Origin: Macrostomum lignano | Taxonomy: Eukaryota | Length of the DNA: 64,000 bases | NCBI GenBank assembly: GCA_002269645.1 | Contig: NIVC01000142.1 | Location: 248,001-312,000 of the forward strand | Direction of reading: 5' to 3' | In this document: piece after piece, positions 22,067-33,382 of the stretch | How positions within the stretch are numbered: position 1 is the stretch's first letter | How the letters are laid out: each line of letters begins with the position of its first letter | Position numbers and translations under genes: made by a program | The notes under the pieces: model-generated | What the model was told of the DNA's origin: nothing | Seen by the model: the letters and a program-made list of their open reading frames with translations, nothing else | Databases searched by the model: none

Positions 22067-25000
22067 TTATCGCGCAGGCCCAACATCGGCCAGCAGGCCG
22101 GGGTCGGCGACAAGCTCTTCAACGTCGCGATCGTCCAGACGAAGCGCAACGCGGGACATCCGGGCCTCGGCTGCCTTGGTGAGGCGCAGCACGCCGGTGT
22201 CGTGCAACGACTGGCAGTAGGACGGCAGCTCGTCCCACAGAGGCGGCGGCATCTGGCGAGCCGAGCAGAGCTCGCGCAGACTCGAGTCCAGCTCCGCCAG
22301 CGTTGCCTGCGGGCATTGCGAGAGTGAATTTAAACAAGGTCATCCCAGGTCAACAGGGAGGTCAGCAGGTTCACTGGCAAAAAAATTCGGCGGTCGCTAG
22401 AAAAAATAGGTCACTTCAGTTTCTAGGAAAACAGGTTGGTTTGAAATGTAGGAATTCTAGGAAACAGACACACATCCTTGAGCTGACATAAATTTCGCCG
22501 CAGAATATCATTTCTCACCTGTCGTTGACCCCGCCGACGAAGCCGCAGCGCCGCGGCAGCCGTCAGCCGTAGGTGCAACGGGAGTCGCCGTTGCGGCGTG
22601 TCCGGGGTGGCCAGACTGCTGGAGCCGCCGACCACGGCGGCCAGCGGCGATGCAGTCGCGGCTTTCAAAGCTTCGCCAACGTGTCGCACAGTCGGCGAAC
22701 CATCGGCCAGTTCAACGGATCGGCGGCAGACTTCCAGGAGGCGTCGGGCATCGCCGGTGCTGGCGGCGATTCGGCCAGCTGCCAGTCGGACAGCGTCGGC
22801 GGTTTCGGCAGCCAGCGCGGCCGGGGCCGCAGCGAATCGGGCGGTGACGATGGCGAGCAGGTCGGCTCGGGTATAGGGCGAGAAACTGAGCTGGCGAAGG
22901 CCGGCTGGCCGGGACACGGTGGCCGAGGCGGGGAACAGCCGGTCGCACAGGCTCAGCGAGTTGGCCACGCCCAGTACGCGAAGCCGGTTGCCGTCGCCAG
23001 CTCCGGCCAGACTGTCCGGCCAGCGAAAGATTCGCCGAAGATTGGCCAAGTCAATCTGGTCGATTTCGTCCAGCACCAAAGACAGCGACTGCTGCTGCTG
23101 CTGCTGCAGGAAGCGCCTGATGGCCGCCTCCGCCAGCTTCAAAGAGCCGGCGCCGCCATCTCCGCCGCTGTTAGCGGAGCTATTTTTAGCATCAACCAGC
23201 TGGGCCAGCTGAGCAGAGAATGACTTGGCGGATTCGCCAGTCTCCATGCAGTTGTGCAGAATACAGCGGACGGCTTTGACAGATTGCAGCTTGCGAACGG
23301 CGGTTTTAACGGCGGCAGTTTTGCCTGCGGTTTTTTAGCAGAGGAAATCATTGCCAGTGTTATGAAGTGCTTTATTAAACTACAGACCTGCTTGCTTATG
23401 ATAAGAAATAGCGAATCTAGAGTTTTACAATAGGATGTTCCTATAATAGGGATCTTCAATAAGGATGTACAGCTTCAATAAGGATGTACAGCTTTAATAA
23501 GGATGTATAGCTTCAGTAAGGATGTACAGCTTCAGTAAGGATGTACAGCTTCAATAAGGATGTATAGCTTCAGTAAGGATGTACAGCTTCAGTAAGGATG
23601 TACAGCTTCAGTAAGGATGTACAGCTTCAGTAAGGATGTACAGCTTCAGTAAGGATGTACAGCTTCAATAAGGATGTATAGCTTCAATAAGGATGTATAG
23701 CTTCAGTAAGGACGTACAGCTTCAGTAAGGATGTACAGCTTCAGTAAGGATGTACAGCTTCAGTAAGGACGTACAGCTTCAGTAAGGATGTACAGCTTCA
23801 GTAAGGATGTACAGCTTCAGTAAGGATGTACAGCTTCAATAAGGATGTACAGCTTCAGTAAGGATGTACAGCTTCAGTAAGGATGTACAGCTTCAGTAAG
23901 GATGTACAGCTTCAGTAAGGATGTACAGCTTCAGTAAGGATGTACAGCTTCAGTAAGGATGTACAGCTTCAGTAAGGATGTACAGCTTCAATAAGGATGT
24001 ACAGCTTCAGTAAGGATGTACAGCTTCAGTAAGGATGTACAGCTTCAATAAGGATGTACAGCTTTAATAAGGACTTCAAGAAGGCCATCTACACACCCAT
24101 GGCGTGTGAAGTATCAAGGATGTCTCACCTGAGCCCGGCGCCCCGCAGACGTACAGCACGCTATGGCTGGCCTTGCCCCTAAGAAAAGTCTCCAGAGTTT
24201 CCAGCTCAGCTTGTCGACCAACCAAACTGACATCGTCCCGCTCAGAGATGGCACTCTGCAGCAGCTGTTTGAGCTCAACAGACTGAGCGCTGGCCCTGAG
24301 CAGAGTAGACTTGCGCAGGTCGCACTCGGCCTCTTCTTCATCAAGCTGCGGATGCTGTTTTGCTTTTAACTTATTAGGAGTTGCTCTTGTTGCTGCTGCT
24401 GCCGCTGAAAGAGAGAGAGAGAGAGAGGGGGGCATGGCAGGTTTCGATGAGCGGTGGCTACAGACTTGTGAAACTCGAGTCTAAGAGTCTTGCCCTCCAA
24501 GCCAAGGAGCATATTGAATGCTCATTTTTTTAAATACGACTTGTCTGTTCTATGGCGGGCTTTGTGCTAAAGAAAGATTTCTCCTCCTGCCCTGAATATC
24601 TTCTCAAGGTACCAATTGCGGAGGAGACGCCAGCTATAGAGGGGGCGCCAGCTACAGAGAGAGCGCCAGCTACAGTGGGGGGCGCCGGCTATAGTTGGGG
24701 AGGGGGCGCCATCTACAGTGGTGGGGGTGCCAGCTATAGAGAGCGCCAGCTACAGTGGGGGGCGCCGGCTACAGTGGGGGGGGCGCCAGCTACAGTGGGG
24801 GGGCGCCGGCTACAGTGGGGGGGGCGCCAGCTACAGTGGGGGGCGCCGGCTACAGTGGGGGGGCGCCAGCTACAGTGGGGGGCGCCGGCTACAGTAAGGG
24901 GGGCGCCAGCTACAGTGGGGGCGCCGGCTACAGTGGGGGGCGCCAGCTACAGTAGGGGGGGGGGCGCCGGCTACAGTGGGGGGGGGGCGCCAGCTACAGA

Positions 25001-26277
25001 GAGAGCGCCAGCTACAGTGGGGGGCGCCAGCTACAGTGGGGGGGGGCGCCGGCTACAGTGGGGGGGGGCGCCAGCTACAGAGAGAGCGCCAGCTACAGTG
25101 GGGGCGCCAGCTACAGTGGGGGGCGCCAGCTACAGTGGGGGGGGGCGCCGGCTACAGTGGGGGGGGGCGCCAGCTACAGAGAGAGCGCCAGCTACAGTGG
25201 GGGCGCCAGCTACAGTGGAGCGCCAGCTACAGTGGAGCGCCGGCTACAGTGGGGGGGGCTCTAGCTACAGGGGGGGCTCTAGCTACAGGGGGGGGGCTCT
25301 AGCTACAGGGGGGGGGCGCCAGCTACAGAGAGGAGACGCCAGCTACAGAAAGGAGACGCCAGCTACAGAAAGGAGACGCCAGCTACAGAGAGGAGACGCC
25401 AGCTACAGAGAGGAGACGCCAGCTACAGAGAGGAGACGCCAGCTACAGAGAGGAGACGCCAGCTACAGAGAGGGGCGCCAGCTACAGAAAGGGGCGCCAG
25501 CTACAGAGGAGGCACCAGCTACAGAGAGGAGACGCCAGCTACAGAGAGGAGACGCCAGCTACAGAGAGGAGACGCCAGCTACAGAGAGGAGACGCCAGCT
25601 ACAGAGAGGGGCGCCAGCTACAGAAAGGGGCGCCAGCTACAGAAGGGCGCCAGCTACAGAGAGGAGACGCCAGCTACAGAGAGGAGACGCCAGCTACAGA
25701 GAGGAGACGCAGGAGACGCCAGCTACAGAGTGGAGACGCCAGCTACAGAGAGGAGACGCCAGCTACAGAGGGGCGCCAGCTACAGAGAGGAGACGCCAGC
25801 TACAGAGAGGAGACGCCAGCTACAGAGAGGAGACGCCAGCTACAGAGAGGAGACGCCAGCTACAGAGAGGAGACGCCAGCTACAGAGAGGAGACGCAGGA
25901 GACGCCAGCTACAGAGAGGAGATGCCAGCTACAGAGAGGAGACGCCAGCTACAGAGGGGGGGGGCATGCCTGCACATATACTCAGGGGGAAAAGCTGCTG
26001 CAGACAAGTCAACGCCCCTGCTCCCACTCCAAATAAGCTCACCTTCAACAGTCGCATTTTCCTTCTCCAGCTGCTCGTCATCAATTTCAGCTATTGACTT
26101 ATTCTTGCCCTTCATCGGCTTGCTCTTGGCCTTAGCAACCGACTGTCGCCGCCCAGTCCGCTGTTGCTTAGCCTTTGTCGGTGTCTCCAATAATTCCTCA
26201 GACTGGCCTGGGGCCACCTCCGACAGCGGCTGCTGCTGCTGCTGTTGAAGCACAGACCTTCTTCTGGTTGTTGGCAT
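22067..26277 (-). CDS. CDC6: Cell division control protein 6 (AAA+ ATPase with C-terminal winged helix), 4 exons, ~518 aa
   Basis: Exons 26277-26043, 24404-24129, 23324-22519 and 22306-22067 splice in frame (1557 nt). Motifs: LVGRQAELETLETFL, YVCGAPGSG|KT (Walker A split by an intron), HNCM, LVLDEIDQ (Walker B), LGVANSL, FSPYTRADL, TGDARRLLEVCRR. Confidence 0.9.
23455..24075. repeat. 19-bp minisatellite (AAGGATGTACAGCTTCAGT), ~32 copies, CDC6 intron 2
   Basis: Directly visible. Confidence 0.97.
24625..25965. repeat. Two-block G-rich minisatellite (core GCCAGCTACAG; G-run block, then GAGAGGAGAC block), CDC6 intron 1
   Basis: Directly visible. Confidence 0.94.
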
Positions 26278-26322
26278 AGCGATATTGGTGTCGGATTTAT
26301 TTTGATTTTAATCAACGTTTCG

Positions 26323-26340
26323 CTGAAATTAGAAATATTT
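26323..26340 (-). promoter_or_regulatory. Putative trans-splice (outron) acceptor for CDC6: tttctaatttcag, 45 nt before the ATG
   Basis: Strong polypyrimidine-AG in the short NGDN-CDC6 spacer, ~170 nt downstream of the NGDN AATAAA. Its function is inferred. Confidence 0.5.
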
Positions 26341-26494
26341 TTGAGAAATCTTAATAATCGTTACTAATGCTGTAAAATATTTAATTCGACTACTACTACT
26401 AGATAAAATAATAAATAAACAAAATAGACGCAAAATTTCACTTTTCCAACAATAAGCATACTACTAATAGTAGGAAAATGCGATTAGGCACACT

Positions 26495-26500
26495 TTTATT
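26495..26500 (-). terminator. Putative polyadenylation signal (AATAAA) of NGDN
   Basis: Lies ~36 nt after the NGDN stop and is followed by a U-rich tract on the sense strand. Confidence 0.55.
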
Positions 26501-26535
26501 AATTCTATAACAACGGGAGTTCACTTGTTTTATTT

Positions 26536-28554
26536 TCACTTTCTCTTCTTTTTGGCCCCTTTTTTAGCCAGTTTGCGGGCCAGTTTCCCGCGCGGACCCT
26601 TGGCCCGCCTGCCGCCGCGGTCCTCGTCCAGGCCGGCTGGCAGCAGGCCGCCCAGAGATTCGAAATCGCTGCCTAACCGTTTAGCCCGCAATTCCAGCTG
26701 CCTCTGCCGTTTGGTGACAGACAATCGAGTCAAATTCGCTTCCTCGTAGCGTCTGCGAGCTTCCGCTTCGCGCAGACGGCCGCTAGCGCCGGCGCCGCGC
26801 CGTTCCGACAATTCAACAGGCGCGTCGTCCATCTGCTGGCGTAGCTCCTCAAGCACATCCAGTTGAATAGCCCGACGCTTGGCTCGCCGATCGGCATCGG
26901 TGTTGGATGCGCGCCGATTCGAACCACTGGCCGCCGCCGCCGCTCCCTCGTCGTAGAACATCGGCGTAACCTTCGGCGGCACGTACTTGCCAGCACCGGC
27001 TGCTGAAGGCTTGGAGGCTTCGGCCAGCTTCTTTTTCTTCAGCTGATTCTGCTTGGCTCTCTTTGCCGCCTCATCGCTGTCGTCCCCGCTGTCTCCAGCA
27101 TCGTCTTCATCCGAGGACAGCCGGAAATTCTCCAGCCTGGCAGCCGTCGGCTCGGCCGCTTCATCAGCTCCGGCCAGCTGCGCCAGCCTGTCAATCTGGT
27201 GCCGGACGCGAGTCTCCACTGGCCGGGCGCACTCCAGCAGGCACCGCAGCTGGCACAGCCGTTCGACTGTCCGCTGCGGCGGAGGCTGGCCGGCCAGCCG
27301 GTCGGCTATGAGCTGCATCAGGTTGGCGGTGTACAGCTCCATAGCTTGGCATTTCAGCGCCACCAGGCTGACGGCCTCCGTGGTTGGCTGGCTGGACCAG
27401 TCTCGGCTGGACACTAAGTCGGACAGTTCGGCCAATGCGCCGGACACCTGATTGTAGAGCGGAGCTAGTTCTGCGTCCTGCAAAAAAGAAACACATGATG
27501 GGCTTTTATTAAGTACTTACATAAGTAGTACTAATATCCTGCACTGTATTCTAAATCCCTCAAATCCCACAGCCTAAACTAATCCCCAAAAATATCCCAC
27601 ACCCTAGACTAAATTCCTAAAAATATCCCACACCCTAGACTAAATCCCTAAAAATCTTACACTCTAGACTAAATCCCCAAAAATATCCCACACCCAAGAC
27701 TAAATCCCTAAAAAATCCCACACCCAAGACTAAATCCCTAGAAAATCCCACACCCTAGACTAAATCCTTAAAAAATCCCACACCCTAGACTAAATCCCTA
27801 GAAAATCCCACACCCTAGACTAAATCCCTAGAAAATCCCACACCCTAGACTAAATCCCTAAAAATATCCCACACCCTAGACTAAATCCCTAGAAAATCCC
27901 ACACCCTAGACTAAATCCCTAAAAATATCCCACACCCTAGACTAAATCCCTAGAAAATCCCACACCCTAGACTAAATCCCTAAAAATTTCCCACACCCTA
28001 GACTAAATCCCTAGAAAATCCCACACCCTAGACTAAATCCCTAAAAATTTCCCACACCCTAGACTAAATCCCTAAAAATTTCCCACACCCTAGACTAAAT
28101 CCCTAGAAAATCCCACACCCTAGACTAAATCCCTAAAAATTTCCCACACCCTAGACTAAATCCCTAAAAATTTCCCACACCCTAGACTAAATCCCTAAAA
28201 AATGTCACACCCTAGACTAAATCCCTAAAAATTTCCCACACCCTAGACTAAATCCCTAAAAATTTCCCACACCCTAGACTAAATCCCTAAAAAATGTCAC
28301 ACCCCAGACCAAATCCCAAAAATGCCACACCATAGACTAAATCCTCTAATTTTGTAACAAGACACGAGTGACAATCTCTGTCGCAGTCACAGTGCACTAA
28401 AAGCATGCACATGAGTAAGTGTAAGCGGCATTACAACTTGGACAATATTTATATATATAGAGAATATTTAATTTTATTCAAATTCTGTCCATATTTTTAA
28501 ACACAGAGCCACTACTTAGCATACAGGTGGGCTGGGCGGTACGGGATCTGCCAT
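26536..28554 (-). CDS. NGDN: Neuroguidin / Lcp5 (Sas10/Utp3/C1D family SSU processome factor), 2 exons, ~323 aa
   Basis: A 30-nt first coding exon 28554-28525 (MADPVPPSPP, donor GTATGC, phase 0) joins the acceptor tttttgcag and exon 27477-26536. Family-like segments: LKCQAMELYTANL, RLCQLRCLLECARPVETRVRHQIDRL, GKYVPPKV, RRRYEEANLTRL, and a basic C-terminus KKGAKKKRK. Confidence 0.85.
27545..28340. repeat. 29-31-bp minisatellite (CCCACACCCTAGACTAAATCCCTAAAAAT), ~26 copies, NGDN intron
   Basis: Directly visible. Confidence 0.95.
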
Positions 28555-28572
28555 AGAGGTGCAATAAAGTGC

Positions 28573-28590
28573 CTACAGTATAGTTACACA
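28573..28590 (-). promoter_or_regulatory. Putative trans-splice acceptor for NGDN (actatactgtag), 18 nt before the ATG
   Basis: AG acceptor-like site in the NDUFS2-NGDN spacer. Its function is inferred. Confidence 0.4.
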
Positions 28591-28790
28591 TCATACTCAT
28601 TAAAAGCTAATTATAGACAAAAACTGATAACTGGGAAGCTAAAGAATGGGAGGGCAGGAGGGGAGACGCAAAAATGACACACTAAGGCTACTACTGAGAG
28701 ACCCAAAGTAAGTAGTACTTATAAAAACAGAAACTAATAGAGATATATCTATGACAAAAATTCAATAAGAATCCGATCTGGTCTGACCCA

Positions 28791-28796
28791 TTTATT
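28791..28796 (-). terminator. Putative polyadenylation signal (AATAAA) of NDUFS2
   Basis: Lies ~175 nt after the NDUFS2 stop. Confidence 0.45.
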
Positions 28797-28969
28797 TTGC
28801 TTTACGAGTTCATATAAATTTAGACTATAAAAAACTTATGTGCTCTACTATGAGTAGCAAACTCAGCAATACACGCTATATTTATCCAGACCAGAGTAAT
28901 TCACACTGACAGCTTGAGTTTACCCAATTAATATAATTAGTTTATATCAACAATCTGTCAGTAAATCTT

Positions 28970-31900
28970 TCAACGGTCAACTTCGCCGAACACAACGTCC
29001 AGTGTGCCGATGATAGCCACAATATCGGCCAGCATGTGACCCTTGCCCAGCTTGTGCAGTCCGGCCAGGTGGGAGAACCCGGGCGCTTTGATTTTGCACC
29101 TGTACGGCTTGTTGCCACCGTCGGAGACCAGGTAGACACCGAATTCGCCTTTTGGCGCCTCGATTGCCGTATAGGTGGCGCCGGGTGGCACCTGTGGATT
29201 TGGGATAACGCGTCCAAATTTCAGTACTTGGATCAGAGTAGAGTGAGATCAGAATTGAGTGGGATCAACATTGAGTGGGAGCAGAGTGGAATGGGATCAG
29301 AATCGAGTGGGATCAGCATTGAGTGGAGTGGGATCAGAGTAGAATAGGATCAGAATCGAGTGGGATCAGCATTGAGTGGGATCAGAGTGGAATGGGATCA
29401 GAATAGAGTGGGATCAGCATTGAGTGGGAGCAGAGTGGAATGGGATCAGTATAGAGTGGGATCAGAGTAGAATGGGATCAGCATTGAGTGGGATCAGAGT
29501 AGAATGGGATCAGCATTGAGTGGGAGCAGAGTAGAATGGGATCAGAATAGAGTGGGATAGACCAGAGTAGAATGGGATCAGAATAGAGTGGGATAGACCA
29601 GAGTAGAATGGGATCAGAATAGAGTGGGATAGACCAGAGTAGAATGGGATCAGTATAGAGTGGGATCAAAGTAGAATGGGATCAGCATTGAGTGGGATCA
29701 GAGTAGAATGGGATCAGCATTGAGTGGGATCAAAGTAGAATGGGATCAGCATTGAGTGGGATCAGAGTAGAATGGGATCAGCATTGAGTGGGATCAGAGT
29801 AGAATGGGATCAGCATTGAGTGGGATCAAAGTAGAATGGGATCAGCATTGAGTGGGAGCAGAGTGGAATGGGATCAGTATAGAGTGGGACCAGAGTAGAA
29901 TGGGATCAGTATAGAGTGGGATCAGAGTAGAATGGGATCAGCATTGAGTGGGATCAGAGTAGAATGGGATCAGCATTGAGTGGGAGCAGAGTAGAATGGG
30001 ATCAGAATAGAGTGGGATAGATCAGAGTAGAATGGGATCAGTATAGAGTGGGAGCAGAGTAGAATGGGATCAGAATAGAGTGGGACCAGAGTAGAATGGG
30101 ATCAGTATAGAGTGGGATCAAAGTAGAATGGGATCAGTATAGAGTGGGATCAGAGTAGAATGGGATCAGCATTGAGTGGGATCAGAGTAGAATGGGATCA
30201 GCATTGAGTGGGATCAGAGTAGAATGGGATCAGCATTGAGTGGGATCAAAGTAGAATGGGATCAGCATTGAGTGGGATCAGAGTAGAATGGGATCAGCAT
30301 TGAGTGGGATCAGAGTAGAATGGGATCAGCATTGAGTGGGATCAGAGTAGAATGGGATCAGTATAGAGTGGGATCAGAGTAGAATGGGACCAGAACCCAT
30401 TAGTTGCTCACACAATTTAATCAGTCTTACCTGATAGCCCTCGGTAAAGAGTTTAAAATGGTGAATAAGCGCCTCCATGGACTCCTTCATCTCGGCACGC
30501 CTAGGCGGCACAATTTTTCGATCGTCGACTTTCACCTCGCCAGGCGGCAGCTTGTTGAGGCACTGTTCGATGATTTTCTGGGACTGGCGCATCTCTTCCA
30601 TGCGGCACAGGTAGCGGTCGTAGCAGTCACCGTTGCGACCAATGGGAACGTCGAATTCAACCTGCGGCAGTGGGCAACGGACGAATTAGATAAAAAATAG
30701 ATTAGAAGGTAGACTATTAAAATCGCGTAGTGTCAGACTACATGGACTCTAACGGTGTCACACTAGTGCTGTCAGACTCTAGTGTAGTTAAATTAGTGGG
30801 TGTCAGACTAGTAGTGTCAGACTCTAGTGTTGTCAGATTAGTGGTGTCAGACTCTAGTGTAGTTAAATTAGTGGGTGTCAGACTAGTAGTGTCAGACTCT
30901 AGTGGTGTCAGACTCTAGTGGTGTCAGACTAGTGGTTTCAGACACGAGAGTTGTGAAATCAGTGTCAGACTCTAGCGGTGTCAGACTCTAGTGGTGTCAG
31001 ACTCTAGTGATGTCAGACTCTACGAGTGGTGTCAGACTCTAGTGGTGTCAGACTCTAGCGGTGTCAGACTCTAGTGATGTCAGACTCTACGAGTGGTGTC
31101 AGACTCTAGTGATGTCAGACTCTACGAGTGGTGTCAGACTCTAGTGGTGTCAGACTCTAGTGGTGTCAGACTCTAGCGGTGTCAGACTCTAGTGATGTCA
31201 GACTCTACGAGTGGTGTCAGACTCTAGTGGTGTCAGACTCTAGTGGTGTCAGACTCTAGTGATGTCAGACTCTACGAGTGGTGTCAGACTCTAGTGATGT
31301 CAGACTCTAGTAGTTTTAGACACTAGTGGTGTCAGACTCTAGTGGTGTCAAACCGGTGTCAGACTCTAGTGATGTCAGACTCTAGTAGTTTTAGACACTA
31401 GTGGTGTCAGACTCTAGTGGTGTCAAACCGGTGTCAGACTCTAGTGGTGTCAGACTCTAGTGGTTTTAGACACTAGTGGTGTCAGACTCTAGTGGTGTCA
31501 AACCGGTGTCAGACTCTAGTGGTGTCAGACTCTAGTGGTTTTAGACACTAGTGGTGTCAGACTCTAGTGGTGTCAAACCGGTGTCAGACTCTAGTGGTGT
31601 CAGACTCTAGTGGTGTCAGACTCTAGTGGTGTCAGACTCTAGTGGTGTCAGACTCTAGTGGTTTTAGACACTAGTGGTGTCAGACTCTAGTGGTGTCAAA
31701 CCGGTGTCAGACTCTAGTGGTGTCAGACTCTAGTGGTGTCAGACTCTAGTGGTGTCAGACTCTACGAGTGGTGTCAGACTCTAGTAGTTTCAGACACTAG
31801 TGGTGTCAAACCGGTGTCAGACTCTAGTGGTGTCAGACTTGAGTGGTGTCAGTTAAACTAATGAAGGTAAATAGAAGGGGATCAAAGTCTGGAGGTTGTG

Positions 31901-32963
31901 ACAGGTTCAAAAATCGATCGGGGTCAGCTGAGTCCATGGGGTGGGGAATCCAGTGGACTCAAAGTCAAAACGTGTACAGGATTGGACCCGCCAAGCAGCC
32001 AATTCATGCGCTCACCTGATCGTAGGCATCGTATGGCTGGGATTTGCGCAAGTCCCAGCAGATGCCGGAGCCGCGAAGCATCACCCCAGAGAAGCCATAG
32101 TTGAGCGCATCCTCCGCGCTGATCACACCGATATCCTTGGTTCGCATCACCCAGATGCGATTCTCAGTCAGCAGATCATCCACCTCGTCGATTCGCTGTA
32201 CAAACTTCTTATTCCAATCGTAGATATCCTCGAGCAGGCCGACTGGCAGGTCCCGGTCCACGCCGCCGGGCCTGACGTAGGCGGCGTGCATTCTGGCGCC
32301 GCTGACTCGCTCGTAGAACTCCATCATCTTTTCGCGCTCCTCGAACATCCAGAAGAATGGCGTCATGGCGCCAACGTCGAGCGCGTGAGTGCCGATGCCC
32401 ATGAGGTGGTTCATGATTCTGGTCAGCTCGCCGAACAGCACCCGGATCCACTTGGCCCGGGGCGGCACATCAATATTGAGCAGTCGCTCAACAGCCAACG
32501 AGAAGCACTGCTCGTTGCACATCATTGACACATAGTCTAATCTATCGAAATAAGGCAGCGCCTGAGTGTAAGTCTTGTACTCGATCAGCTTCTCAGTGGC
32601 CCGGTGCAGCAGGCCGATGTGCGGATCGGCTCGCACGACAGTCTCACCGTCCAGGGTGAGCACCAGCCTGAGCACACCATGAGCAGCCGGGTGCTGCGGA
32701 CCAAAATTTATCGTCATATTTAGCACCTGCTTGTCCCGATCCTCCATAGCGCCAGTCTGCGGCAGGAACGGCTCCCATTTGCTGGCCCATTTCTGGTCAG
32801 GATGAGTGGCTAGCATGACTTGCTTGTCGATGGTTCGCCTGTCGGCAACGTACTGCTCAGCATAGCCGCGCCGGCACTGCTGGTGAGCTGGCAGCGGCTG
32901 GCGCAGCAGAGCCAGCTGGGTGAGCCTGCTGCTGGCCTGGCGTAGCAGGGCGGTGGCCGACAT
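28970..32963 (-). CDS. NDUFS2: NADH dehydrogenase [ubiquinone] Fe-S protein 2 (complex I 49 kDa subunit), mitochondrial precursor, 3 exons, ~466 aa
   Basis: Exons 32963-32016, 30661-30431 and 29191-28970 (all phase 0, 1401 nt). Arg/Leu/Ser-rich transit peptide. Hallmark motifs [76 protein letters not shown]. Confidence 0.97.
29245..30390. repeat. 16/32-bp minisatellite (GATCAGAGTAGAATGG/GATCAGCATTGAGTGG), NDUFS2 intron 2
   Basis: Directly visible; dimeric higher-order unit. Confidence 0.95.
30730..31850. repeat. 16-bp minisatellite (GTGTCAGACTCTAGTG) with a ~74-bp higher-order unit, NDUFS2 intron 1
   Basis: Directly visible. Confidence 0.95.
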
Positions 32964-33069
32964 TGGTTTTAAAAAATTAATATTAACTGTGTATATTCAG
33001 TGTATTAGCTGTATAGTTCAGCTGAGTCTGTTGTAAGTCGGCAGAAGTAGTAAGTGCATTAATATTTAA

Positions 33070-33382
33070 ATATTATTAATTAATTTTGTTGATTACATCT
33101 GTCATAATGAAGCCAGATGTGCAACCGAAAGCTTGGCCGCAGCTTTTGCATGGCGCATCTGAAGGCTGCATATGGCTATTCAGACCAAGGACTGGGGGGT
33201 CGCCCCACACACCCTCAATTACCCCAGCTAATGCTGGCACCCATTTTACAGCTGGGTGAACTGAAGCAATGCAGAGTTAAGTGTCTTGCTCAAGGATGCA
33301 AATTGTTCCAGTGGGATTGGGAATCGAACCCCTGACCTTTAAGTTATGAGTCTAATGCTCTAACCATTAGACTACAACAACC
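33070..33382 (-). mobile_element. tRNA-derived SINE with a CORE (MIR-type) domain
   Basis: Minus strand: A box GTAGTCTAATGGTTAGAGC, B box GGTTCGATTCCC, then TCCTTGAGCAAGACACTTAACTCTGCATTGCTTCAGTTCACCCAGCTGTAAAATGGG (closely follows the MIR/CORE consensus as I recall it), then an AT-rich tail. Confidence 0.75.

Noticed and set aside
22573-23223. Plus-strand ORFs opposite GC-rich exons (also 105-521, 27053-27451, 31941-32528, 51064-51621, 54012-54416, 60894-61295)
   Set aside because: They are antisense shadows of real minus-strand exons, with no recognisable motifs.
24552-26036. 494-aa plus-strand ORF
   Set aside because: It lies inside CDC6 intron 1 on the opposite strand and consists of the G-rich tandem array.
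27477-27520. NGDN seemed to lack its own ATG (phase-0 acceptor at 27478, in-frame stop upstream), suggesting initiation from the 3'-terminal AUG of a flatworm spliced leader
   Set aside because: A GC-rich 30-nt exon at 28554-28525 supplies ATG and a phase-0 GTATGC donor (MADPVPPSPP|DAEL), so ordinary cis-splicing explains it.
481-31850. Regular short repeats resembling CRISPR arrays
   Set aside because: The units are head-to-tail with no unique spacers, there are no cas genes, and the context is intron-containing eukaryotic DNA.
28970-32963. Bacterial nuoD, or an organellar insertion (NUMT/HGT)
   Set aside because: It has a mitochondrial transit peptide and two spliceosomal introns; it is an ordinary nuclear NDUFS2.
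33310-33382. tRNA gene
   Set aside because: A and B boxes are present, but there is no convincing cloverleaf or acceptor stem, and the sequence runs directly into a CORE domain, so it is a SINE head.
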